From Candidatus Niyogibacteria bacterium (GTDB taxonomy: Bacteria; Patescibacteriota; Minisyncoccia; JACROR01), in assembly GCA_016186495.1 (NCBI GenBank), contig JACPLO010000010.1, positions 26,905-90,904 on the forward strand: DNA of 64,000 nt, in the 5' to 3' direction. The notes beneath the pieces are model-generated. The model worked only from the letters and a program-made list of their open reading frames with translations, was not told where the DNA came from and ran no database searches. Positions 47,927-56,022 of the stretch are shown in pieces; position 1 is the stretch's first letter; every line of letters starts with the position of its first letter. The position numbers and the translations under genes are program-made.

Positions 47927-48654
47927 TGGTTTCAAAGTGGCTTCAACAAAGTAATTCCTGGCATGAAAACAAGCATATCAAAGGAGGGCAATATTTAAAG
48001 AATATTGTTTATGGCGCCAATGACGGGATTATCACTACTTTTGCGGTGGTGGCCGGCGTAGCCGGAGCTTCTCTTTCTTCCGTTGTTATTGTGATTATGG
48101 GTTTGGTTAATCTTTTAGCGGACGGATTTTCAATGGCTGTTTCTAATTATCTTAGCATTAAATCAGAAATAGATATTTATCAGCGCGAAAAAGAAGTGGA
48201 AAAGAAAGAGATTCAAATTAATCCCGAACAGGAGAAAAAAGAAATCCGCAATATTTTAGCCAGCAAGGGTTATCAGGGAGAAGATTTGGAAAAAATAACG
48301 GCGCTGATTTCCAAAAATAAAACTTTTTGGCTTGATTTTATGATGCATGAAGAATTGAATTTTGCGCCCGCCGCCAGTTATCGGCCTAAAAGAGCGGCTC
48401 TCGCCACTTTTTTATCTTTTATCGCCGCCGGTTTTGTGCCGATTTTGCCTTATTTGATTTTTAAGGGAAGCGGAGACGAAGTATTTAAATACGCGGTGGC
48501 GATGACCGGCGTTGCTCTTTTTACGGTTGGTTCTTTACGCTCATTTTTTACTAATAAAAAATGGCATTTAGCCGGTTTAGAAATGCTTTTTGTCGGCAGT
48601 ATTGCCGCGGCGATCGCTTACGGCGCGGGATTTTTATTGAAAGGAATTACTTAA
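47926..48654 (+). CDS. VIT1/CCC1 family transporter
   Basis: VYGANDGIITTFA, ADGFSMA..YLS. Confidence 0.92.
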   Translation: MVSKWLQQSNSWHENKHIKGGQYLKNIVYGANDGIITTFAVVAGVAGASLSSVVIVIMGLVNLLADGFSMAVSNYLSIKSEIDIYQREKEVEKKEIQINPEQEKKEIRNILASKGYQGEDLEKITALISKNKTFWLDFMMHEELNFAPAASYRPKRAALATFLSFIAAGFVPILPYLIFKGSGDEVFKYAVAMTGVALFTVGSLRSFFTNKKWHLAGLEMLFVGSIAAAIAYGAGFLLKGIT

Positions 48655-48692
48655 CTTTCTTTTGTTCTTCAAGCTGCAAAAGCACAGCGCTT

Positions 48693-49748
48693 TTAAATTT
48701 CTTCCAATTCAACTTGGGTTTGCGTTTTCTTCCCATTGCGAAGAATGGTCAGATTTATTTTTTCGCCGATTTTGAAGTTGGAGAGAATGTCCTCCAAAGT
48801 ATTTTCTTCGTTGATTTCTTTTTCATTGCATTTCAGCACAATGTCAAATTCTTGAAGGCCGGCTTTATCCGCGGGACTGTTTGAAATAATCGCGGTTTCT
48901 CCTTGAGGCAGGCCTTCGCTGACAATCAGCGCGCCGGTTGAGACCGGCAGATGAAATCTTTCTTGGATTTGATCGTTCAAAATAATATGGCGGAGTCCGA
49001 TAAAAGGGCGCCGGATGCGGCCGTATTTTTTAATTTCTTCCAAATCGCGTTTGGCTCTTTCAATGGGAATGGCAAAGCCGATATTTTGGGCGCCGAAAAC
49101 AACGGCGGAATTTATGCCGATAGCCCGGCCCTCAAGATCAATCATCGGTCCGCCGGAATTGCCGGGATTAATTGCCGCGTCGGTTTGAATAAGCCCTTTC
49201 AGCCGTTCTTGATGGCCGGCCATATCCGTTACCGCGGTGATTAAACGCGAGAGGCCGGAAACTACGCCGGTGGAAACCGTATTTTGAAATTCGTTTAAAG
49301 CATTGCCAATGGCGATGACGGTTTGCCCCAATTCCAAATCAAACGAAGAGCCTAATTCCAAGTGAGGAAGATTTTTACTTTTTATTTTTAAAATCGCTAC
49401 GTCATTTAAAGGATCTCTGGCCAGCACTTCGGCTTCATGTTTTTTCCCGCCGCCCATGATTATGCTGTATTCGGCGTCAGGATCAACCACCACGTGTTTA
49501 TTGGTTAAAATAATTCCCTCGGGGGAGATGACAAAACCGGATCCGCCTCCGACTTTAATATGCCCATGTTCGTCTTTGGGCGCTTGTTTTAATTTAGTTT
49601 CAATAAAAGCGCGGTCATAAGGATTGTTAAATAAAGGATTAAAAGAAAGTTCTTTGGCAATTTGTTCCAGGTCTTTGGAAATTGCCACGCTGACGACGGC
49701 CGGTAAAGTTTTTTTAACCGCATTTTTAATTTTTTGTTCGTAATCCAT
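48693..49748 (-). CDS. HtrA/DegP-like serine protease with PDZ domain
   Basis: GSGF, TNKHV, QTDAAINPGNSGGP. Confidence 0.95.
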   Translation of the reverse strand: MDYEQKIKNAVKKTLPAVVSVAISKDLEQIAKELSFNPLFNNPYDRAFIETKLKQAPKDEHGHIKVGGGSGFVISPEGIILTNKHVVVDPDAEYSIIMGGGKKHEAEVLARDPLNDVAILKIKSKNLPHLELGSSFDLELGQTVIAIGNALNEFQNTVSTGVVSGLSRLITAVTDMAGHQERLKGLIQTDAAINPGNSGGPMIDLEGRAIGINSAVVFGAQNIGFAIPIERAKRDLEEIKKYGRIRRPFIGLRHIILNDQIQERFHLPVSTGALIVSEGLPQGETAIISNSPADKAGLQEFDIVLKCNEKEINEENTLEDILSNFKIGEKINLTILRNGKKTQTQVELEEI

Positions 49749-49888
49749 AATATAAGTTTGATTTTAACGCTGATAATGTATTATACTACGTATAATTTAC
49801 ATTCGCTCGGCAATGAACGGCAATGAAAAATTAATTTTTCTTTCATTGTTCTCGCTCATTTAATTATAAAGTATAGCATATTATTTTT

Positions 49889-49961
49889 CTCCTCGTAGTT
49901 CAACGGACCAGAACAACCCCGTCCTAAGGGGTAAATAGAGGTTCGATTCCTCTCGAGGAGA
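49889..49961 (+). tRNA. tRNA-Arg(CCT)
   Basis: ACCCC-GT-CCT-AA-GGGGT; CTCCTCG/CGAGGAG. Confidence 0.9.
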
Positions 49962-49984
49962 TTAAGTTTTGTTTTTTAAAACAG

Positions 49985-50056
49985 GCGCGCTTAGCTCAGT
50001 GGTAGAGCATCGCTTTTACACAGCGAGGGCCGGGGGTTCAATCCCCTCAGCGCGCA
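49985..50056 (+). tRNA. tRNA-Val(TAC)
   Basis: TCGCT-TT-TAC-AC-AGCGA. Confidence 0.95.
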
Positions 50057-50328
50057 AAAAAATGAATGAAGTGAATTTTTGAGTGCGTTGAGCAAGCCAA
50101 CTGCTTGGCTTGCGCAGGGGATTGAAAAAATTTTCTATATCGCGAAGCGATAGAAAATTAGCGCCCTGCAAGGGCAATCCCCTCAGCGCGCAAAAAAATG
50201 AATGAAGTGAATTTTTGAGTGCGTTGAGCAAGCCAACTGCTTGGCTTGCGCAGGGGATTGAAAAAATTTTCTATATCGCAAAGCGATAGAAAATTAGCGC
50301 CCTGCAAGGGCAATCCCCTCAGCGCGCA
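50039..50328 (+). repeat. Two tandem 136-nt elements downstream of tRNA-Val(TAC)
   Basis: CAATCCCCTCAGCGCGCA at 50039, 50175 and 50311. Confidence 0.9.
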
Positions 50329-50352
50329 CAAAAAATTATTATAATTATTAAA

Positions 50353-50435
50353 GGAAGGGTGCGCCGAATGGCAAGGCACCGCTCTCGAAAAGCGGAGCCC
50401 GCAAGGGCTTGTGGGTTCAAGTCCCACCCCTTCCG
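50353..50435 (+). tRNA. tRNA-Ser(CGA)
   Basis: CCGCT-CT-CGA-AA-AGCGG, long variable arm. Confidence 0.95.
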
Positions 50436-50680
50436 TAAAAGTTAAATGGGTGGGACTTGAACGGAGCGATATTATCGCTCCGAGGAATTTCCTTAAGAGG
50501 AAATTAAGTCCCACCCCTTCCGTAAAAGTTAAATGGGTGGGACTTGGTCACAAATAATTTTCCTGACGGAAAATTATCGCGACCCCGCCTCGCGGCGCTC
50601 GCCTTTGCTTCGCAAAACTCGCGCATCGCTGCGGTTTTCAAATTCCAACGGAATTTGAACGGAGCGATATTATCATCCGC
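50419..50680 (+). repeat. 87-nt tandem element behind tRNA-Ser; the second copy is interrupted by the Leu-type element
   Basis: AAGTCCCACCCCTTCCG at 50419 and 50506; GTCACAAATAA..CCTGACGGAAA..CGACCCCGCCTCGC at 50547. Confidence 0.85.
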
Positions 50681-50750
50681 GAGATTTTTTTATACGCGCG
50701 CATTACTCAATAAAATTGAAAAAATTTTTAAAAAAGGTATAATAAAATTC

Positions 50751-51215
50751 ATGAAATTCTTTAATGAAGATATTGTTTATTTCGCGGCCGGAACAGCGAT
50801 CGCGGCGATTTTAATTTTTATTTGGCTTATTATTTTGGAATGGCGGCTGAAAAAACTTTTTAAAGGAAGCGACGGCCGCGATCTGATGGGGATTTTAACC
50901 GGCCGCGGAAAAGAATTGAACGGCCTAAAAAAAAGAATGCTGGAAATAGAAAAATATCTTCAAGAATCCGAACTGCGCCTTCAAAAAAGCCTTAAAAATG
51001 TAGGATTGGTGAGATTTGATTCTTTTGAAGGAGTGGGCGGAAAGCAAAGTTTTTCAGCCGCGTTTTTAGATGAAAATAAAAACGGAACGGTTATTTCCAG
51101 CCTTTACGGCCGTGATTTTAACAGGATTTACGCCAAACCTGTGGAAAGCGGCATTTCGTCCCATTCGCTTTCGGAAGAAGAAAAAGAAGCGATCAAGAAA
51201 GCAATCAGCGAATAG
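50751..51215 (+). CDS. DUF4446-like protein
   Basis: TM + coiled coil + VGLVRF..F...GG.QSFS.A.LD....G.VISSL.GR...R.YAKP. Confidence 0.8.
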   Translation: MKFFNEDIVYFAAGTAIAAILIFIWLIILEWRLKKLFKGSDGRDLMGILTGRGKELNGLKKRMLEIEKYLQESELRLQKSLKNVGLVRFDSFEGVGGKQSFSAAFLDENKNGTVISSLYGRDFNRIYAKPVESGISSHSLSEEEKEAIKKAISE

Positions 51216-51266
51216 CTATAAGTGTTTTTATTTTTCTCATCGTAAATAATTCAATGTTTAATTTTT

Positions 51267-52841
51267 ATGTCTACCGAGCAGAAAAAAAATTTAATCCGCC
51301 AAAATTTACCTTCGGTAAACTTAAGTGGGAAAATCTCTCGTCCGCCGGTTGTCGTGGTTGTCGGCCATATTGATCATGGAAAAACCAAACTTTTGGATTA
51401 TATCCGAAAAAGCAATATCGCGGAAAAAGAATCAGGCGGCATTACCCAGCATATCGGCGCTTATGAAGCGGTAATCAATACCAAAGACGGCCGAACGGAA
51501 AAAATAACTTTTTTGGATACGCCGGGGCATGAGGCGTTTTCTCAAATTCGCTCACGTGGCGCCAAAGCGGCGGACGTGGCGATTTTAGTGGTGGCGGCGG
51601 ATGAAGGTGTTAAACCGCAAACTGAAGAATCAATCAAAGTTTTGAAAGACGCGAATTTGCCTTTTGTGGTGGCGATTAATAAAATTGACAAAGAAGGAGC
51701 GGATTCGGAAAAAGTTAAAAAAGAATTGGCGGAACGGGAAATTTTGGTGGAAAGCTGGGGCGGCAAGGTGCCGGCCGTGGAAATTTCCGCAAAACAAGGA
51801 ACCGGCGTGAAAGAACTTTTAGAAACTATTATTTTATTAGCTCAACTTGAGGAATTAAAAGCGGATCCAAGAATACCCGCCAAAGGCGTGGTTATTGAAT
51901 CCAGTTTAGAGCCGAAAAGGGGAAATGCGGCCACGCTTTTAATTCAGGACGGAACATTAAAAATCGGAAATTTCGTAGCGGCCGGAAACGCGATTTCTTC
52001 GGTTCGCGTTTTTGAGGATTTTTTAGGCCATTCTTTAAAAGAAGCTAGTTTTTCTTCGCCGGTCAGGGTGGTGGGATTTGATTATTTGCCGCCGGCAGGG
52101 ACGGTTTTTTCGGCTTTTCTTTCTAAAAAAGAGGCGGAAAAATTCTCAGCTAAAGAGAAAATAAGCAAAGATTTTTTGAAGGAAAAGGAAAAAAAAATAA
52201 TCAAAGAAGCGCCGGCCGCTTCCTTAATAATCGTGCCGGTGATTTTGAAAGCCGACACCTCCGGTTCTTTGGAAGCGCTTGAAAAAGAAGCGAAAAAATT
52301 TGATTCGGAAAAATTGAAAATAAAAATTTTGAAATCAGGCACCGGGCCAATTTCGGAAGATGATTTTAAAGTCGCTCTCAGCGCTCCTGAAACGATTATT
52401 TTATCTTTTCGGGCCGGCCTTGACGAAAAAATCATCGAGCTGCTTAGCCGCCGCGGCGTGATTTTCAAGAATTTTGAGATTATTTATGAAGCCAGTGATT
52501 GGCTTAAAGAGCAATTGGAAAAAAAATTGCCGCTTGAAATAGAAAGAACGGAAATCGGCCAAGCCAAGATTTTAAAATTATTTAAAAAATCCGGCCAAAA
52601 ACAAGTTATCGGCGGCAAAATAATTGACGGCTTGGTTAAAAACGAAGCGAGGTTTGAAATTATCAGAAATGAGCATAAAATCGGCGAAGGCAGAATAATA
52701 GAGCTCCAGCAAGCCAAAATTAAAACAAAAGAAGCGGCCAAAGGCAGTGAATTCGGAATTTTAGCCGATGCGGAAATAAGCATTGAGCCGGGAGATATTC
52801 TGCGTTTTTTTGAAGAAAAAACAATTAAACAAACATTATAA
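51267..52841 (+). CDS. infB: Translation initiation factor IF-2 (short)
   Basis: RPPVV...GHIDHGKT, GGITQHIGAY, DTPGHEAF. Confidence 0.97.
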   Translation: MSTEQKKNLIRQNLPSVNLSGKISRPPVVVVVGHIDHGKTKLLDYIRKSNIAEKESGGITQHIGAYEAVINTKDGRTEKITFLDTPGHEAFSQIRSRGAKAADVAILVVAADEGVKPQTEESIKVLKDANLPFVVAINKIDKEGADSEKVKKELAEREILVESWGGKVPAVEISAKQGTGVKELLETIILLAQLEELKADPRIPAKGVVIESSLEPKRGNAATLLIQDGTLKIGNFVAAGNAISSVRVFEDFLGHSLKEASFSSPVRVVGFDYLPPAGTVFSAFLSKKEAEKFSAKEKISKDFLKEKEKKIIKEAPAASLIIVPVILKADTSGSLEALEKEAKKFDSEKLKIKILKSGTGPISEDDFKVALSAPETIILSFRAGLDEKIIELLSRRGVIFKNFEIIYEASDWLKEQLEKKLPLEIERTEIGQAKILKLFKKSGQKQVIGGKIIDGLVKNEARFEIIRNEHKIGEGRIIELQQAKIKTKEAAKGSEFGILADAEISIEPGDILRFFEEKTIKQTL

Positions 52842-53174
52842 ATGTCCAATTTAAGGCAGGAAAAAATTTCTTCTCTTTTGAAGCGGTTGGCCGCCGAGTT
52901 TTTTTTGAAGAACGTGGGAGAGATCGGCGTTTTAGCGAGCGTGACTAAAGTGGAGATTTCCGCTGATTTGTTTAACGCTAAGATATTTTTTTCCGTTTTG
53001 CCTGAAAGTGAGGAAAGAAAAATTTTAAAACAGCTGTTCGCGCTTAAAAAAGATTTCCGGCGGCATATCGCGCACAATTTAAAAATAAAATTTATTCCTC
53101 GTGTTATTTTCCTGATAGATGATTCAATTAAAAAACAGCGAAAAATAGACGAGGCTTTGGCTGCTTTAAAGTAA
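52842..53174 (+). CDS. rbfA: Ribosome-binding factor A
   Basis: VT.VE.S.DL..AK, P...F..D.S; follows infB. Confidence 0.85.
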   Translation: MSNLRQEKISSLLKRLAAEFFLKNVGEIGVLASVTKVEISADLFNAKIFFSVLPESEERKILKQLFALKKDFRRHIAHNLKIKFIPRVIFLIDDSIKKQRKIDEALAALK

Positions 53175-53214
53175 TCTAAGGTATAATATTTATGGCCTCC
53201 TGCAACACGCATTT

Positions 53215-53286
53215 GGCACGGTGGCGAAGAGGTAACGCGGTCGTCTGCAAAACGACTATGCGAGGGTTCGAATCCCTCCCGTGCCT
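53215..53286 (+). tRNA. tRNA-Cys(GCA)
   Basis: GTCGT-CT-GCA-AA-ACGAC; U73. Confidence 0.95.
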
Positions 53287-53331
53287 ATTATAATTGTTAG
53301 TTATAAATTTTTGTTGTAGGTTATAAAAAAC

Positions 53332-53470
53332 GCCCGGGTGGCAAAATTTGCCCCCACGTTAATGCCGCGGTGGCGGAATTGGTATACGCGCACGACTTAA
53401 AATCGTGTCACTTTTTGTGATGAGGGTTCGACCCCCTCCCGCGGCATTAATGTAGGGGTGAATATCCGCA
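53332..53470 (+). pseudogene. Remnant 5' tRNA-Leu-like shell around an IR cassette
   Basis: GCCCGGGTGGCAAAATT before the cassette and TATCCGCA after it (cf. GCC..GGTGGCGGAATTGGTATACGC). Confidence 0.5.
53364..53446 (+). tRNA. tRNA-Leu(TAA), IR-bracketed
   Basis: CACGA-CT-TAA-AA-TCGTG; flanks CCCCCACGTTAAT/ATTAATGTAGGGG. Confidence 0.95.
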
Positions 53471-53495
53471 CAACATTTATAATTCAAAACAATTT

Positions 53496-54431
53496 ATGCC
53501 GTTAACGATAAAAGAAAATGAAATTTTAGCTAATCATTCAACTTTCAGAATTGGCGGACCGGCCAAGTATTTTACTGCTGTTAAATCAAAAGAAGAATTG
53601 ATTGAGGCGTTTGATTTCGCGGGAAAAAAAAATCTGCCTTTTTTTGTTTTTGGCGGCGGAAGCAATATCCTATATCGCGATAAAGGATACGGCGGTTTGG
53701 CTATAAAAATCCAAAATTCAAAAATTTCACTTGCCAAAATTATCAAGGCTGGAGCCGGAACTTTATTTAGCCAGTTGATTAGAGAGTCAATTAACGCTAA
53801 TTTAACTGGCTTGGAATGGGCAACGGGAATTCCCGGGACTGTTGGCGGCGCGGTGGCCGGCAATGCCGGCGCTTACGGCCATTCCATATCCGAATTTGTG
53901 AAGAATGTCGCGATTTTAAGCAATAACGGAGCCGCGGGTTGGCGGATAAAAAATTATCCGGCCCAAAAATGCGATTTTATTTATCGCGGAAGCAGATTCA
54001 AAAAACCGGATAATCGTGAAATTATTTTAGAGGTTGAATTTAATTTGGAAAAAGGCGATTTAGAAAAAAGCAAAAAAATAATCCAAGGAATTTTGGAGGA
54101 AAGAAGAAACAAACTCGTTTCTTATCCTTCGGCCGGCTGCGTGTTTAAAAATATCATTATTGATGAATTAAAAAACAAAGAGGAATTTTTAAAATTAATT
54201 CCGCGGAATAAAATCAAAGGAGGAAAATTTCCGGCGGGCTGGCTGATTGAGAATTGCGGATTAAAGGGCAAGCAAATCGGCGGCGCTAAGATCGCGGAAG
54301 AACATGCTAATTATATTGTTAACGCCGGAGGAGCGACCGCCGATGATGTAATTCAACTGATTGATTTTTGCAGACAAAAAACGCAGGAAAAATTTAATCT
54401 GGATTTAGAAAAAGAAATCGTTGTAATATAA
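53496..54431 (+). CDS. murB: UDP-N-acetylmuramate dehydrogenase
   Basis: TFRIGGPA, GGGSN, GIPGTVGGA..GNAGAYG, SAGCVFKN, HAN.IVN. Confidence 0.97.
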   Translation: MPLTIKENEILANHSTFRIGGPAKYFTAVKSKEELIEAFDFAGKKNLPFFVFGGGSNILYRDKGYGGLAIKIQNSKISLAKIIKAGAGTLFSQLIRESINANLTGLEWATGIPGTVGGAVAGNAGAYGHSISEFVKNVAILSNNGAAGWRIKNYPAQKCDFIYRGSRFKKPDNREIILEVEFNLEKGDLEKSKKIIQGILEERRNKLVSYPSAGCVFKNIIIDELKNKEEFLKLIPRNKIKGGKFPAGWLIENCGLKGKQIGGAKIAEEHANYIVNAGGATADDVIQLIDFCRQKTQEKFNLDLEKEIVVI

Positions 54432-54457
54432 TTTAATAAAATTATCCTCTTTAAAAT

Positions 54458-54541
54458 GCTGGGGTGGCGGAATTGGCAGACGCTCTAGCTTTAGAAGCTA
54501 GCGGGAGAAATCCCATAAGAGTTCAAATCTCTTCCCCAGCA
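54458..54541 (+). tRNA. tRNA-Leu(TAG)
   Basis: CTAGC-TT-TAG-AA-GCTAG. Confidence 0.95.
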
Positions 54542-54618
54542 TATCACATATCAGTAGAGAAAATCGCTAAAATTTTATCCACTTTTCTTTTGTTAAACTA
54601 ATGTTATAATAAAAGTAT

Positions 54619-55170
54619 ATGGTAAAAATTTTTTTTAAAGCTCTTATTTGGGGTATTGCGGTCTTGATTATATTGAATGTTTTAATTTTCTTTGGCGCGG
54701 GATTTTATGGCGGTTTTACCGTTAGTAATCTCGGCGTTTATGTTCCGCCAACTTTTATTATTATTTTTCGTTATGCTTCTTTGTTTTTGGCTTTCGGCGT
54801 TGCCGTCTTTGTTTTTTTAACAAGAAAAAAACAAATGCCGCCTTTATTTTCTCAATCTTCTCAACCGCCTCCTTTGCAAACATTTCCGCCTTTTATGCCG
54901 CCTGAATCAAAGCCGCCTGTTTCTCCGTTGGAAAAACCTTTCAAACAATTTGAATTTCCAAAAGAATTTCCGCCTGTCCAGCCGTCAGAGCCGACTCCGA
55001 TATTTCCGAAAAACCAAAATCAATCGCCTGTTTCTTTCGGTTCCGACAGTTTAGATTCTATGCCTATGCCTTCAAAAAATCAGCCGTCCGCGCCTTTTGA
55101 TTCCAAAGAGCTAAAATCTCCTTTTGAAGAAAAAAAGGAAGAAGAAAAAGGCGATATTCACTCGTTTTAG
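54619..55170 (+). CDS. Two-TM protein with a Pro-rich disordered tail
   Basis: ORF track. Confidence 0.65.
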   Translation: MVKIFFKALIWGIAVLIILNVLIFFGAGFYGGFTVSNLGVYVPPTFIIIFRYASLFLAFGVAVFVFLTRKKQMPPLFSQSSQPPPLQTFPPFMPPESKPPVSPLEKPFKQFEFPKEFPPVQPSEPTPIFPKNQNQSPVSFGSDSLDSMPMPSKNQPSAPFDSKELKSPFEEKKEEEKGDIHSF

Positions 55171-55192
55171 CCGCAGCGTAATTTATCTTAAA

Positions 55193-55267
55193 GCGGTCAT
55201 CGTATAATGGCTATTATGCGTCCTTGCCAAGGACGAAACGGGGGTTCGATTCCCCCTGACCGCACCA
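55193..55267 (+). tRNA. tRNA-Gly(GCC)
   Basis: CGTCC-TT-GCC-AA-GGACG, CCA encoded. Confidence 0.95.
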
Positions 55268-55301
55268 ATCCACAATAAACTACGTGTATCAACTGTAATC
55301 T

Positions 55302-55883
55302 ATGAGCAAGAACACATATATTTCTGCCACATTCGCCACTCTTATAATTTTGGGGATGATTTATATTGCAGGATTAAAACCCAAAAGTCCCAAACCAGAG
55401 TTTGCACAACAAGCACTTGCGGCAAAGTTTGAAGCATTGTCCCAAAGCGGAAATTCCTCTTGTTCTATGTCTTTTGCCAATTCCATTGAATCAATGCCTG
55501 ATTCAGAACGCCTTCAAGGCTCGTGCTGTTCAGCAATGAGTATGCACCGCTATAGCGAACAGGTTGAAGGGTTGAAGAAGTATGCGGAAATTAAAGAAAT
55601 TCCTCCTGACCCTTATGACATTGAAGCTAGCCTTGCCAAGAAATTAAAAAGATACTATAACATTGAGCTCACGCCAGAAGAACAACAAGCATACGATTAT
55701 GCGATGCAAAATTCGCACGAGAAGGGGCCGTGCTGTTGTAAGTGCTGGCGGTGGTATGTCTATGGTGGATTGGCAAAATTGCTGATTCAAAAGTATGACT
55801 TTACTGGAGAGCAAATTGCTGACGTATGGAATCTCTCGGATGGATGCGGTGGTGATAGCGAACATAATCACATAACCAGTTAA
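55302..55883 (+). CDS. Exported Cys-rich hypothetical protein
   Basis: N-terminal TM; SC, GSCC, GPCCCKCWRW, GCGG. Confidence 0.75.
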   Translation: MSKNTYISATFATLIILGMIYIAGLKPKSPKPEFAQQALAAKFEALSQSGNSSCSMSFANSIESMPDSERLQGSCCSAMSMHRYSEQVEGLKKYAEIKEIPPDPYDIEASLAKKLKRYYNIELTPEEQQAYDYAMQNSHEKGPCCCKCWRWYVYGGLAKLLIQKYDFTGEQIADVWNLSDGCGGDSEHNHITS

Positions 55884-55930
55884 ATCAATTTTGGAAATTA
55901 CTGGAAAACTCAACGGCTTTTTGAGAGCCA

Positions 55931-56018
55931 TTTGGTGGGCGGCCGCAACGGTCGCCCACCAATAGAGATTCTAATAAAAACCGCCATAAACATTTAATAA
56001 ATGTTTATGGCGGTTTTA
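55931..56018. terminator. Two terminator-like hairpins between convergent genes
   Basis: TTGGTGGGCG..CGCCCACCAA and AAAACCGCCATAAACATTTA..TAAATGTTTATGGCGGTTTT. Confidence 0.75.
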
Positions 56019-56022
56019 AAAT

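Noticed and set aside
49783-49875. Imperfect IR segment upstream of tRNA-Arg
   Set aside because: The arms are AT-rich and overlap likely divergent promoters; too weak to call an element
45986-50328. Tandem repeats as CRISPR arrays
   Set aside because: The intervening sequences are near-identical rather than unique spacers, the repeated parts are tRNA 3' ends, and no cas genes are present
50016-50750. ORFs 50016..50514 and the 5' extension of 50544..51215
   Set aside because: They overlap tRNAs and repeats; the real gene starts at ATG 50751
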